From Clostridia bacterium (lineage in GTDB: Bacteria; Bacillota; Clostridia; Oscillospirales; CAG-272), in assembly GCA_017623355.1 (NCBI GenBank), contig JAGAPG010000030.1, positions 24,278 through 88,277 of the forward strand: a DNA stretch of 64,000 nucleotides, read 5' to 3'. The position numbers were made by a program, and so were the translations under genes. The notes below the pieces were generated by a model that was not told where the DNA came from, searched no databases, and worked only from the letters and a program-made list of their open reading frames with translations. Of the stretch, positions 28,376 to 36,343 are shown piece after piece. Position 1 is the first letter of the stretch, and each line of letters opens with the position of its first letter.

Positions 28376-30862
28376 ATGAAACAGTTTAATGTTACGGGAA
28401 TGAGCTGCGCGGCGTGCAGCGCGAGAGTGGAAAATGCGGTAAAAAAGGTTGACGGAGTTGAAAGCTGCTCCGTAAATCTTCTTACAAACTCTATGACGGT
28501 GGAAGGGGATGCAAGCACCGACTCTATAATATCTGCCGTAAAAAAGGCAGGCTACGGAGCGAGCGAAAGGCAAAACGAGGCAAAGAATGTCGAAAATGAT
28601 TTGTTTGATAGCTCCGAGGAAGCAAGACTCAAGCTTCGTCTTATAGCCTCACTTGTGTTCTTGACGTCGCTTATGTATATTTCTATGGGACACGTTATGT
28701 GGGGGTGGTATTTGCCTGAAGGATTTGCAAAAAATCCGCTTGCAATTGCTATTTCACAAATGCTTCTTGCCATCGCGGTCATGATAATAAATCAAAAATT
28801 CTTTATAAACGGTATAAAAAGTCTGATAAAGGGCTCTCCGAATATGGATACGCTCGTTGCGCTCGGCTCGGGAGCTTCGTTTGTTTACAGCGTGTGTATT
28901 CTTTTCGTTATGACCGGAGCAGACAATAAGGCACATTATTTGCACGAGCTTTATTTTGAATCTGCAGCTATGATACTTGCTCTTATTACCGTGGGAAAAA
29001 TGCTCGAGGCGCATGCAAAGGGAAAAACCACTGATGCACTTCGCTCGCTTATGGCACTTTCCCCTAAAAAAGCAACCGTTGTTCGCGGTGGCAAGGAGCT
29101 TGTGATTGAAGCAAAGGATGTTTTAAAGGGAGATATATTCGTTGTCCGTCCGGGTGAAAGTATTCCTGTTGACGGAAGGGTTATTGAGGGAGAAAGCGCG
29201 GTTGATGAATCTTCCCTTACAGGAGAAAGCGTTCCTAATGATAAGACGGTCGGTGATAGCGTGTTTGCATCCTGTATAAATAAATCGGGATTTATAAAAT
29301 GCGAGGCGACTCGTGTTGGCGACGATACTACGTTTTCTCAGATAGTAAAAATGGTATCAGATGCCTCATCATCTAAAGCTCCTATAGCTAAAATAGCCGA
29401 CAGAGTGTCGGGAATTTTCGTTCCTGCGGTTATCACAATAGCCGTTATAACTACGGTTATTTGGCTTATTGCAACAGGCGGTAGCATAGGATATTCTCTC
29501 GAAAGAGGAATATCGGTTCTTGTTATAAGCTGTCCGTGCGCTCTTGGCTTGGCGACTCCCGTCGCTATAATGGTGGGAAGCGGAATGGGCGCAAAAAACG
29601 GAATACTTTTCAAAACTGCAGAGTCGCTTGAGCAAACCGGAAGAATAAATATAGTGGTTCTTGATAAAACAGGAACGGTAACAAAGGGAAAGCCGCAGGT
29701 AACGGACGTAATTCCTATAGGTATCAGCGAAGGCGAACTTATGGATATAGCCTATTCCGCCGAAATAAAAAGCGAGCATCCTCTCTCGGCTGCTATAGTC
29801 GAAAAAGGTGAAAAAATGAACGCTATAAGATTTGAAACAAATGAATTTGCGGCTCTGCCCGGAAGCGGAATATTTGCAAGAATCGGAGAGGATAATATAT
29901 ATGGCGGAAGCTTGAAGCTTGCCGAGAGCAAATGTGATATAAGCAGCGCCGACAGAGAGCTGGCTCGTAAGCTCGCGAATGACGGAAAAACACCTATGTT
30001 TTTTATTAAAAACAATACTCTTGTTGGAATTATCGCAGTCAGCGACGAGATAAAAGAGGATAGTGAAAGGGCTGTAAAGGAGCTCCACGATTTGGGAATT
30101 TACGTTGTTATGCTTACAGGAGATAACGAGCGTACAGCAAGCGCTATAGGTAAAAAGGTAGGTGTTGACAAGATAATTGCAAATGTTATGCCTGCCGATA
30201 AGGAAAGACATATAAAAGAACTGAAGAAGCACGGCAAGGTTGCTATGGTGGGTGACGGAATAAACGATGCTCCCGCACTTAAAAGCGCAGATATAGGTAT
30301 AGCTGTCGGACAGGCAACGGATGTAGCAATAGACAGCGCAGATGTAGTGCTTATGAAAAGCAGTCTTTGTGACGTCAGCGGAGCTATAAGATTAAGCCGA
30401 GCAACTCTTAGAAACATAAAACAAAATCTTTTCTGGGCGTTCTTTTACAATATGATCGGTATACCGCTTGCGGCTGGAGCTTTGATACCTATTCTTGGCT
30501 GGAGGCTTAAGCCTATGTTCGGAGCAGCGGCAATGAGCTTGTCAAGCTTCTGTGTTGTCACTAACGCTTTGAGATTGAATTTTTTCAATATAAGGAATAC
30601 AAAAAAATTTTTAAATAAGCGAAATATTATAATAGAAAGAAAGGAAAAAAACAATATGAGCGAAAAGGTGTTTAAGGTGAAAGGTATGATGTGCCCTCAT
30701 TGCGAAAATGCAGTAAAAACAAGACTTGAACAGATCGAAGGAGTAAAGGAAGCAATAGCTGATCATAAAGCGGAAGAGGTTAGACTTGTGCTTGAACGCG
30801 ATGTTAACGATGAAGTTATAGTAAGCGCTATCACCGAAAAGGGATACGAGGTTATTGTTTAA
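28376..30862 (+). CDS. copA: copper-translocating P1B-type ATPase with N- and C-terminal HMA domains
   Basis: GMSCAACS (N-terminal HMA), CPC (SCPCALG), DKTGT, GDGINDAP, and a C-terminal HMA GMMCPHCE. The start is 1 nt after the WYL gene stop. Confidence 0.9.
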   Translation: MKQFNVTGMSCAACSARVENAVKKVDGVESCSVNLLTNSMTVEGDASTDSIISAVKKAGYGASERQNEAKNVENDLFDSSEEARLKLRLIASLVFLTSLMYISMGHVMWGWYLPEGFAKNPLAIAISQMLLAIAVMIINQKFFINGIKSLIKGSPNMDTLVALGSGASFVYSVCILFVMTGADNKAHYLHELYFESAAMILALITVGKMLEAHAKGKTTDALRSLMALSPKKATVVRGGKELVIEAKDVLKGDIFVVRPGESIPVDGRVIEGESAVDESSLTGESVPNDKTVGDSVFASCINKSGFIKCEATRVGDDTTFSQIVKMVSDASSSKAPIAKIADRVSGIFVPAVITIAVITTVIWLIATGGSIGYSLERGISVLVISCPCALGLATPVAIMVGSGMGAKNGILFKTAESLEQTGRINIVVLDKTGTVTKGKPQVTDVIPIGISEGELMDIAYSAEIKSEHPLSAAIVEKGEKMNAIRFETNEFAALPGSGIFARIGEDNIYGGSLKLAESKCDISSADRELARKLANDGKTPMFFIKNNTLVGIIAVSDEIKEDSERAVKELHDLGIYVVMLTGDNERTASAIGKKVGVDKIIANVMPADKERHIKELKKHGKVAMVGDGINDAPALKSADIGIAVGQATDVAIDSADVVLMKSSLCDVSGAIRLSRATLRNIKQNLFWAFFYNMIGIPLAAGALIPILGWRLKPMFGAAAMSLSSFCVVTNALRLNFFNIRNTKKFLNKRNIIIERKEKNNMSEKVFKVKGMMCPHCENAVKTRLEQIEGVKEAIADHKAEEVRLVLERDVNDEVIVSAITEKGYEVIV

Positions 30863-30902
30863 ATGTTGTTCATAATTGAAAAGATGACATATTAATATCA
30901 TT

Positions 30903-30989
30903 GGGCGTTTTCAACAAAAAAATTATGTGAAAATAAAAAATATTTATTGGTTTTTTATGCAAAATCACGAATTTTTTCAAAAAACGCCC
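30903..30989. repeat. imperfect inverted repeat (GGGCGTTTT ... AAAACGCCC) upstream of the lipoprotein promoter
   Basis: The arms 30903-30911 and 30981-30989 are exact complements. The left part resembles 36152-36190 by eye. Confidence 0.5.
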
Positions 30990-30995
30990 TTTTCG

Positions 30996-31024
30996 TTGAC
31001 TTTTTTTTGGTCAAGAGTTATAAT
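30996..31024 (+). promoter_or_regulatory. sigma-A type promoter for the lipoprotein genes
   Basis: TTGACT (30996-31001), 17-nt spacer, TATAAT (31019-31024). Confidence 0.6.
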
Positions 31025-31090
31025 AGTAAGGCGGATAAGACGCAATAACTTTGCGTTCAACGAATATTTATATTTTAAAGGAGTAATAAA

Positions 31091-32020
31091 ATGAAAAACA
31101 CATGGATTAAGCTTATGTGTCTTATGATCGCTTTGGTATGTATGTTCGTTCTTGCTTCCTGCGATAAGGAAGAGAATATCGACTTCGGTGATGACGAAGA
31201 AGAAACAACAACCAAGGAAGAAGAGGATACATCAACTAAAGAAGACAAACCCTCTGATGACGAGGAAAGCGAAACGTCCGAAAAGGATGACGAAACAAGT
31301 ACAAAAGAAGAGCCCGAATATGATTGCGATAACGGCAAGCATAAGTGGTCAAGATGGGAGTGGACAGACGCAACCTGTACAACTCCTGAAACAGGTAAGA
31401 GAGAGTGCGACCTCTGCGGAGAAAGAGATTCCAAGACAGAGGGAGAGGCTCCCGGACACCAATATCCCGATTCGTGGACAGCAGGAGTTCTTTCATCCGA
31501 AAGAGCTTGTGATGTTTGCGGTAACAAGGAAACAAAGGCTTGGACAGACGTAACAACCTCAGCAGTTGCTGAAAAGACAAACGGCGAGGCTTGGGGCTCT
31601 GCAGGTGTAACAACAGACGGTAAATGGTATGGCTACTCAGGCGACGCAGGCTTTACAGGCAGAGGCGGTGTTTTGGAGGTTACATACACATTCTCCAAGG
31701 TAACTATCATCGACCAGATCATAGTTGCAGGTAACGGCGGCGGTATGTCCTATAAGGTATATGTAGTAGACGTTAACTCTGAGGAAGAGGAAACTCTTAT
31801 AGGTGGCGGTGCGTTTACAGCATCTGCTCCCGAAGGATCAGATCTTGAAAAATACGGTAAGGAATCAGCTATTGTATTTGGAGTAAATCACTTGGCTGTT
31901 GAAAAGGTTATCGTAAGAACTGATGCATCAGGTAACGGTTCTTCGATGTGGGGTGAGGTAAGATTTGCTCAGAACCCTGAGCTTGCAGGTCAACCCGCAA
32001 CAGGCGCAACCGCAGAATAA
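31091..32020 (+). CDS. secreted lipoprotein: acidic linker, Cys-rich module, C-terminal beta-sandwich-like domain
   Basis: Signal peptide with lipobox LASC, an E/D/T/S-rich linker, a C...H...ATCT..G.....C..CG...GH module, and a GEVRF-type end. Confidence 0.7.
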   Translation: MKNTWIKLMCLMIALVCMFVLASCDKEENIDFGDDEEETTTKEEEDTSTKEDKPSDDEESETSEKDDETSTKEEPEYDCDNGKHKWSRWEWTDATCTTPETGKRECDLCGERDSKTEGEAPGHQYPDSWTAGVLSSERACDVCGNKETKAWTDVTTSAVAEKTNGEAWGSAGVTTDGKWYGYSGDAGFTGRGGVLEVTYTFSKVTIIDQIIVAGNGGGMSYKVYVVDVNSEEEETLIGGGAFTASAPEGSDLEKYGKESAIVFGVNHLAVEKVIVRTDASGNGSSMWGEVRFAQNPELAGQPATGATAE

Positions 32021-32035
32021 TAATTTGGAACAGTA

Positions 32036-32067
32036 AGTTCCCTCGGAACATACCGAGGGAACTTTTT
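32036..32067 (+). terminator. intrinsic terminator
   Basis: Stem AGTTCCCTCGG/CCGAGGGAACT followed by TTTT. Confidence 0.8.
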
Positions 32068-32106
32068 ATAAAACAAGCTTTAAACGGTAAAAAGAGAAGG
32101 TATTAT

Positions 32107-35100
32107 ATGAAAAAGATATTATCACTAATGTTGATACTTCTTGCTTTTATGCTCGTGTTCGCATCGTGCGATCAGGAGGAGGATATTGATTTTGGCAACG
32201 ATGAGAGTGTAACATCCAATGATGATGAAACCTCGACCAAAGAGCCTGAAGAAACCTCTACCGATGACGAGACCTCTACAAAAGACGAGCCTGCAGGAGA
32301 CGAAACCTCTACGGATGAAAATACGGAGACGGTAGATCCCGAAAACTGTATTCACGAGTATGAGGAAGAATCAAGGACGGAGCCTAACTGTACAGAGGCG
32401 GGCGTGAAAGTAGAAAAATGTAAATATTGCGGAACAACAAGAGAAAGATCTATTGCTAAGCTCGGACACAATATGGGCACTCCTGAGGTTGTAGAGCCTA
32501 CCTGTAACAAGGCAGGATACACGGAGCGCGCTTGCACACGACCTGGATGTACATATGCTACGCAGACCAATCCTACTGTAGCAACGGGCAAGCACGCATA
32601 TTCAAAAAAATGGAGACGTAGCATAGAGCCGACATATTTTTGCCCCGGCGAGGAATATGTATATTGCACAAACGTAGGCTGTGACTCAAGACAAACAAGA
32701 GAGGTCGCTCCGCTTTATGATTTCTTTACGCTTGATATTGGCGCAAATAACGTTGATATTGACGGAGAGGACTACATAAATATTGCTAAATACGGCGTTT
32801 CGGAAGCAACGTCTTATTACAGAAAAACACTTCCTAAGCATCTTTTTGACGGCGACACGTCGTCTTATTGGAGCCCGGATACTCTCGTTGACGGAATAAG
32901 CTACACAGGCGATTACGCCGTACAGACTTTTGTTAAGGACTTTGAGATCAAGGAAATAAGATTATATGTTCCAAACTATCATGCTTGGGGACTTGAAGGA
33001 GTTAACGTTGAGTATCTCGTTCAGGCAGAGGACGAGGACGGTACTTGGATAACTCTCGGCACTGTAAACGATAAGGATTCCGGTGATGATACCAGTCAAA
33101 ATGTAACTGTCGTATTGTCGCTTGAGGATGCTATCGTTACAGATAAGATAAAAATTACGGTTACAGAAGCGTCAAGATATACTCCCGGTAAGATCTACGA
33201 GGTAGAGGTGTACGCTAAGGCTACTATCGGAGATAAGGATATCGTTGACGAGGAAGGTAACGTTGTCGGAACTGAAAAAGCTCCGATGATAAACAGAGTA
33301 GTAAAGAATATTGCAGGCACTGCAAGCGTAAGCGTAAGCGGTAAATACAACGATTACGGCGGAGGTGCTGCTGAGCTCGTTGACGGAAAAGATGGCACGA
33401 GCTGGATGACCAATGCAAGACTTTGGGACGATACAAGATTTGAGGTTGATTTTGGAGAAAACACCTTCAGAGAGATAAGCTCTATTTCGTTCGTTGCCGA
33501 TAAGTGTGTTGGCGAGAAATTCTATATCTATTATTACGGCGTGGCAAGCGGCTGGAACGGAGATAGCCTTGGCTGGAGAGCTATAGATGTAGATCCTAAT
33601 TCCGATAATCAATACTATGAAATAACAGAGGATTTTGAGGGAACTTATACCGTTACTTTTGAAAATCCCATAATTACAACAAAAATTCGTATAGAGGCTG
33701 AGGATTATAAGGCGGCTGACGATCTTACATCAGATATATCCACCGTTCCGCCTACTATGACACAGTTCTCATTCGTATATAAGGAAACAACTCTTGGCTC
33801 GTATGCTACGACCAAGGAGGAAACTGACGAAGAGGGCAACACCGTAACAGTTAACCTTGAAGCGGTTGATATTTTCAAAAATCAGCTTGCAGCTTTGACC
33901 GTTGCAGATGAGGAAAAAACACATAACATCGAAAAGGTGGAATGGCTTGAGGGACCGAGAACAATTGCTACATTCGAGTATACTACCGTTCAGTATATTG
34001 CATATATCAGATTTATATTTGCTAACGTTGACGGCAGAGATTTCTCGCTTCAGTATTGGGACGAGGAAAATGAATGTTGGGTAGAGTATATGATTATTGA
34101 AGGCGGTAAGAGCTCTGAAATAATCGACCTTGGCGTTAAGTGGAGAAAGTTCAGATTTGAGCTTATTTCCGAGCCGCAGTATTGGCTCTCGTTCGTTTAT
34201 GAGATTACGCCTTATACAATAGTAGAACAAACAACCGAAAATCTTGTAATCGAGAGCTGTGAGCATAAGGCTGCTAACAGCACATTGACAGAAAAGATAG
34301 CTCCTACCTGTGAAACCGCAGGATATTCTATCCTTCATTGTAAGTCGAAGGGCTGCACATACACTTGGAAAACAGATGCTCTTGATGCACTTGGACATAA
34401 CTATGTTGCAGATCAGTCAACCGCAGTTGCGGCAACCGCTGAACAAAACGGAACAGTTACAGCTAAGTGCTCAAAATGCTCGGACGAAAAAACCGTTACA
34501 ACAGAATATGCAACAGAGCTTGGTATTCTTAAGGCTCCCGAAATAACAACATATCTATATAACGCTCCCGGAGCTTGGAGTATGACATTTGACGACAGTA
34601 ACTATGTTGAAACATATAACTGGGTAGTTCCGCAGCTTCAAAAATACGGTTTCAAGGCTACTACGGTTATGACAATTGGTATGGCGGATTCGTTAGTTCC
34701 GTTATGGTCACAGTATTTCGCAACGGGCACATTTGACCTTGGATCACACTCCTATAACCATACCGGTATTTACAGTGGCGGTCTTCAGGAAGACAGCATA
34801 ATGTACGAGGTAAACGAGGCTCATTACAGATTCATGAATATGTTCCCGGGTCAGCAGGTTCTTGGATTTGCAACACCTAACGGAACGACGAGCAACTCTA
34901 CTGCTGTATTCGTATGCGATATTATGGCAGCAGGAAGAAACGGCGGTAACCTTGGAGCTTGGATAGATCCGGATGATCTTACATCAAGAGAGGCTTGGGG
35001 TAACCTTAATTCTTATATCTCAAAAACAGAGCAAACAGAAGGTAAGTATGAGTTTGTAAAGGCTTCCGAGGTTAAGAAGAATTATGTATACGATGCAAGC

Positions 35101-35790
35101 TCAAACAGAATGGTTGATGCTGTTGTGGCTCAGCTTTCTGTAACAGGTACTTATGTTCGTGAGCTGGTTGATGATGCTAACTTTGATGGCACATACTACA
35201 ACGAGTTGAACGGAGATCCTATTTACAGATACGTTTGGGTAGAAAACGGATCATATAGTTATATTGATGGCGAATATGTATTCCAGGAAAACAACGATGG
35301 AGAATATATTCTTGCTCATACTGAAATTGGATCTTACGAGAAAGGTGTGAATGAGCTTCTTAACGGAAAATCGGGCTCTGATCACGGATATTGGACGGTG
35401 GAATGTCTCCACACGATCGGTTCAGGACCTATGTATTCTACATTTACATCTACTATATCAAAGTTTGAAATATTCAAGAAAACAGGTATTTGGGTAGGCT
35501 CTTATACTGAGGTTGTTCAGTATCTCAAGGAAAGTCAAAGAGCAAGCATAGAATTTTCTGCAACAGCAGATTCTATTTCGTTTAACCTTACTGACACGCT
35601 TGACAATTCTCACTTTGATCAAAAGCTTACTGTAAAGGTTGATATTCCCGATGAATGGACAGCTATAACCGTAATGCAAAACGGCGTCGAGATTGGCGTT
35701 GATGTTGAAAAGGATGTATTTATTGAGAACGGATATGCTTACATAAGCGTAGTTCCCGATTGCGGAGAGGTAGTTATCACCGCTAAATAA
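32107..35790 (+). CDS. large lipoprotein: Cys-rich modules, discoidin/F5-8-type-C-like domains, NodB-type polysaccharide deacetylase domain
   Basis: Lipobox FASC and an acidic DETSTK linker. Cys modules at about aa 80-170 and 713-800. DGDTSSYW and IYEVEVYA suggest carbohydrate-binding beta-sandwiches. NodB motifs are TFDDS (nt ~34580) and HSYNH. Confidence 0.7.
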   Translation: MKKILSLMLILLAFMLVFASCDQEEDIDFGNDESVTSNDDETSTKEPEETSTDDETSTKDEPAGDETSTDENTETVDPENCIHEYEEESRTEPNCTEAGVKVEKCKYCGTTRERSIAKLGHNMGTPEVVEPTCNKAGYTERACTRPGCTYATQTNPTVATGKHAYSKKWRRSIEPTYFCPGEEYVYCTNVGCDSRQTREVAPLYDFFTLDIGANNVDIDGEDYINIAKYGVSEATSYYRKTLPKHLFDGDTSSYWSPDTLVDGISYTGDYAVQTFVKDFEIKEIRLYVPNYHAWGLEGVNVEYLVQAEDEDGTWITLGTVNDKDSGDDTSQNVTVVLSLEDAIVTDKIKITVTEASRYTPGKIYEVEVYAKATIGDKDIVDEEGNVVGTEKAPMINRVVKNIAGTASVSVSGKYNDYGGGAAELVDGKDGTSWMTNARLWDDTRFEVDFGENTFREISSISFVADKCVGEKFYIYYYGVASGWNGDSLGWRAIDVDPNSDNQYYEITEDFEGTYTVTFENPIITTKIRIEAEDYKAADDLTSDISTVPPTMTQFSFVYKETTLGSYATTKEETDEEGNTVTVNLEAVDIFKNQLAALTVADEEKTHNIEKVEWLEGPRTIATFEYTTVQYIAYIRFIFANVDGRDFSLQYWDEENECWVEYMIIEGGKSSEIIDLGVKWRKFRFELISEPQYWLSFVYEITPYTIVEQTTENLVIESCEHKAANSTLTEKIAPTCETAGYSILHCKSKGCTYTWKTDALDALGHNYVADQSTAVAATAEQNGTVTAKCSKCSDEKTVTTEYATELGILKAPEITTYLYNAPGAWSMTFDDSNYVETYNWVVPQLQKYGFKATTVMTIGMADSLVPLWSQYFATGTFDLGSHSYNHTGIYSGGLQEDSIMYEVNEAHYRFMNMFPGQQVLGFATPNGTTSNSTAVFVCDIMAAGRNGGNLGAWIDPDDLTSREAWGNLNSYISKTEQTEGKYEFVKASEVKKNYVYDASSNRMVDAVVAQLSVTGTYVRELVDDANFDGTYYNELNGDPIYRYVWVENGSYSYIDGEYVFQENNDGEYILAHTEIGSYEKGVNELLNGKSGSDHGYWTVECLHTIGSGPMYSTFTSTISKFEIFKKTGIWVGSYTEVVQYLKESQRASIEFSATADSISFNLTDTLDNSHFDQKLTVKVDIPDEWTAITVMQNGVEIGVDVEKDVFIENGYAYISVVPDCGEVVITAK

Positions 35791-35800
35791 TGAGATATAA

Positions 35801-35831
35801 GCATAGCGAAAGCAATTTCGCTATGCTTTTT
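35801..35831 (+). terminator. intrinsic terminator
   Basis: Stem GCATAGCGAAA/TTTCGCTATGC, loop GCAA, then TTTTT. Confidence 0.85.
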
Positions 35832-35916
35832 CTTTACTTTAATATGGAAAAAACGTGATGAAACAAAGCAAAAATGAAAAGTATGTGAACGTGTTCTGAA
35901 ATGTGGCAACAACTTC

Positions 35917-35945
35917 TTGAAAAGGAATATTATATGTGTTAGAAT
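35917..35945 (+). promoter_or_regulatory. orphan sigma-A type promoter (extended -10)
   Basis: TTGAAA (35917-35922), 17-nt spacer, TGT-TAGAAT (hexamer 35940-35945). No ORF follows. Confidence 0.5.
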
Positions 35946-35952
35946 GAATGCG

Positions 35953-36007
35953 AAAAAAGCGTTTCCCATTAGCAAGTTCCCTTACTAAACAGAGAAACGC
36001 TTTTTTT
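35953..36007 (+). ncRNA. candidate ~55-nt hairpin RNA, or leader attenuator, ending in a U-run
   Basis: AAAAAAGCGTTTC (35953-35965) pairs with GAAACGCTTTTTT (35994-36006). An inner stem TTAGCAAG/CTTACTAA has 1 mismatch. The structure starts at the predicted TSS of the 35917 promoter. Confidence 0.3.
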
Positions 36008-36146
36008 ATCGGATAAGGAGCGCCACTCCTTATCAGCTATGTCTCTATCAAAGTGATCGCAGTCCATGATGCGTCACTGAAAAAAAGGAGGTAATAAAGA
36101 CTTTTTCGTATATCGTCGGTGTGTTTTGGCTGCCGAGCAAAAAGCG

Positions 36147-36223
36147 TTTTTGGGCAATTTCCACAAAAAATCAGGATGTGGAAATCAAAAGCCCCCAAGG
36201 TTTTTTGTGGAAATTGCCAAAAA
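36147..36223. repeat. perfect 18-bp inverted repeat with three TGTGGAAAT/ATTTCCACA motifs
   Basis: GGCAATTTCCACAAAAAA (36153-36170) is the exact reverse complement of 36201-36218. The motif occurs at 36157-36165 (+ sense ATTTCCACA), 36177-36185 and 36206-36214. Confidence 0.75.
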
Positions 36224-36256
36224 TCAATAAGTCGGAGTTTTAAAAACTGTTTGTTA

Positions 36257-36285
36257 TTGAAAAAAATAACTCCGCGTGCTATAAT
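36257..36285 (+). promoter_or_regulatory. sigma-A type promoter (extended -10) for the MoxR/VWA module
   Basis: TTGAAA (36257-36262), 17-nt spacer, TGC-TATAAT (hexamer 36280-36285). ATG at 36344 with a GGAG RBS. Confidence 0.6.
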
Positions 36286-36343
36286 ATATTATATATTTAT
36301 AGCAAAAATAATAAATATAATTATTACTCAAAGGAGAAAAGGT

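Noticed and set aside
31075-31613. Overlapping alternative-frame ORFs (31152-31553 plus, 31075-31527 minus, 31236-31613 minus) over the small lipoprotein gene
   Set aside because: They are driven by the acidic low-complexity linker. Only the 31091 frame has a signal peptide, a lipobox and homology to the neighbouring paralog.
35739-35975. 78-aa minus-strand ORF in the lipoprotein/MoxR-module intergenic region
   Set aside because: It spans a terminator hairpin and the orphan promoter, has no RBS, and has hydrophobic low-complexity content. No minus-strand transcription signal supports it.
36038-36055. Tiny ORF (MSLSK) after the AAGGAG-containing hairpin, considered as a leader peptide
   Set aside because: The SD-like sequence is ~17 nt from the ATG and is sequestered in a stem. 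The peptide is too short to evaluate.
36157-36214. Three ATTTCCACA/TGTGGAAAT words considered as DnaA boxes or an oriC
   Set aside because: Each differs from TTATCCACA at 2 positions. There is no dnaA, no AT-rich unwinding element that I can define, and gene orientation does not switch here. I kept it only as an unexplained regulatory motif.
36119-36343. 75-codon N-terminal extension of the acidic protein ORF (GTG start, MCFGCRAKS...)
   Set aside because: The extension is read through the inverted repeat and contains the TTGAAA/TGCTATAAT promoter. ATG 36344 has a GGAG RBS and begins the TM-containing protein.
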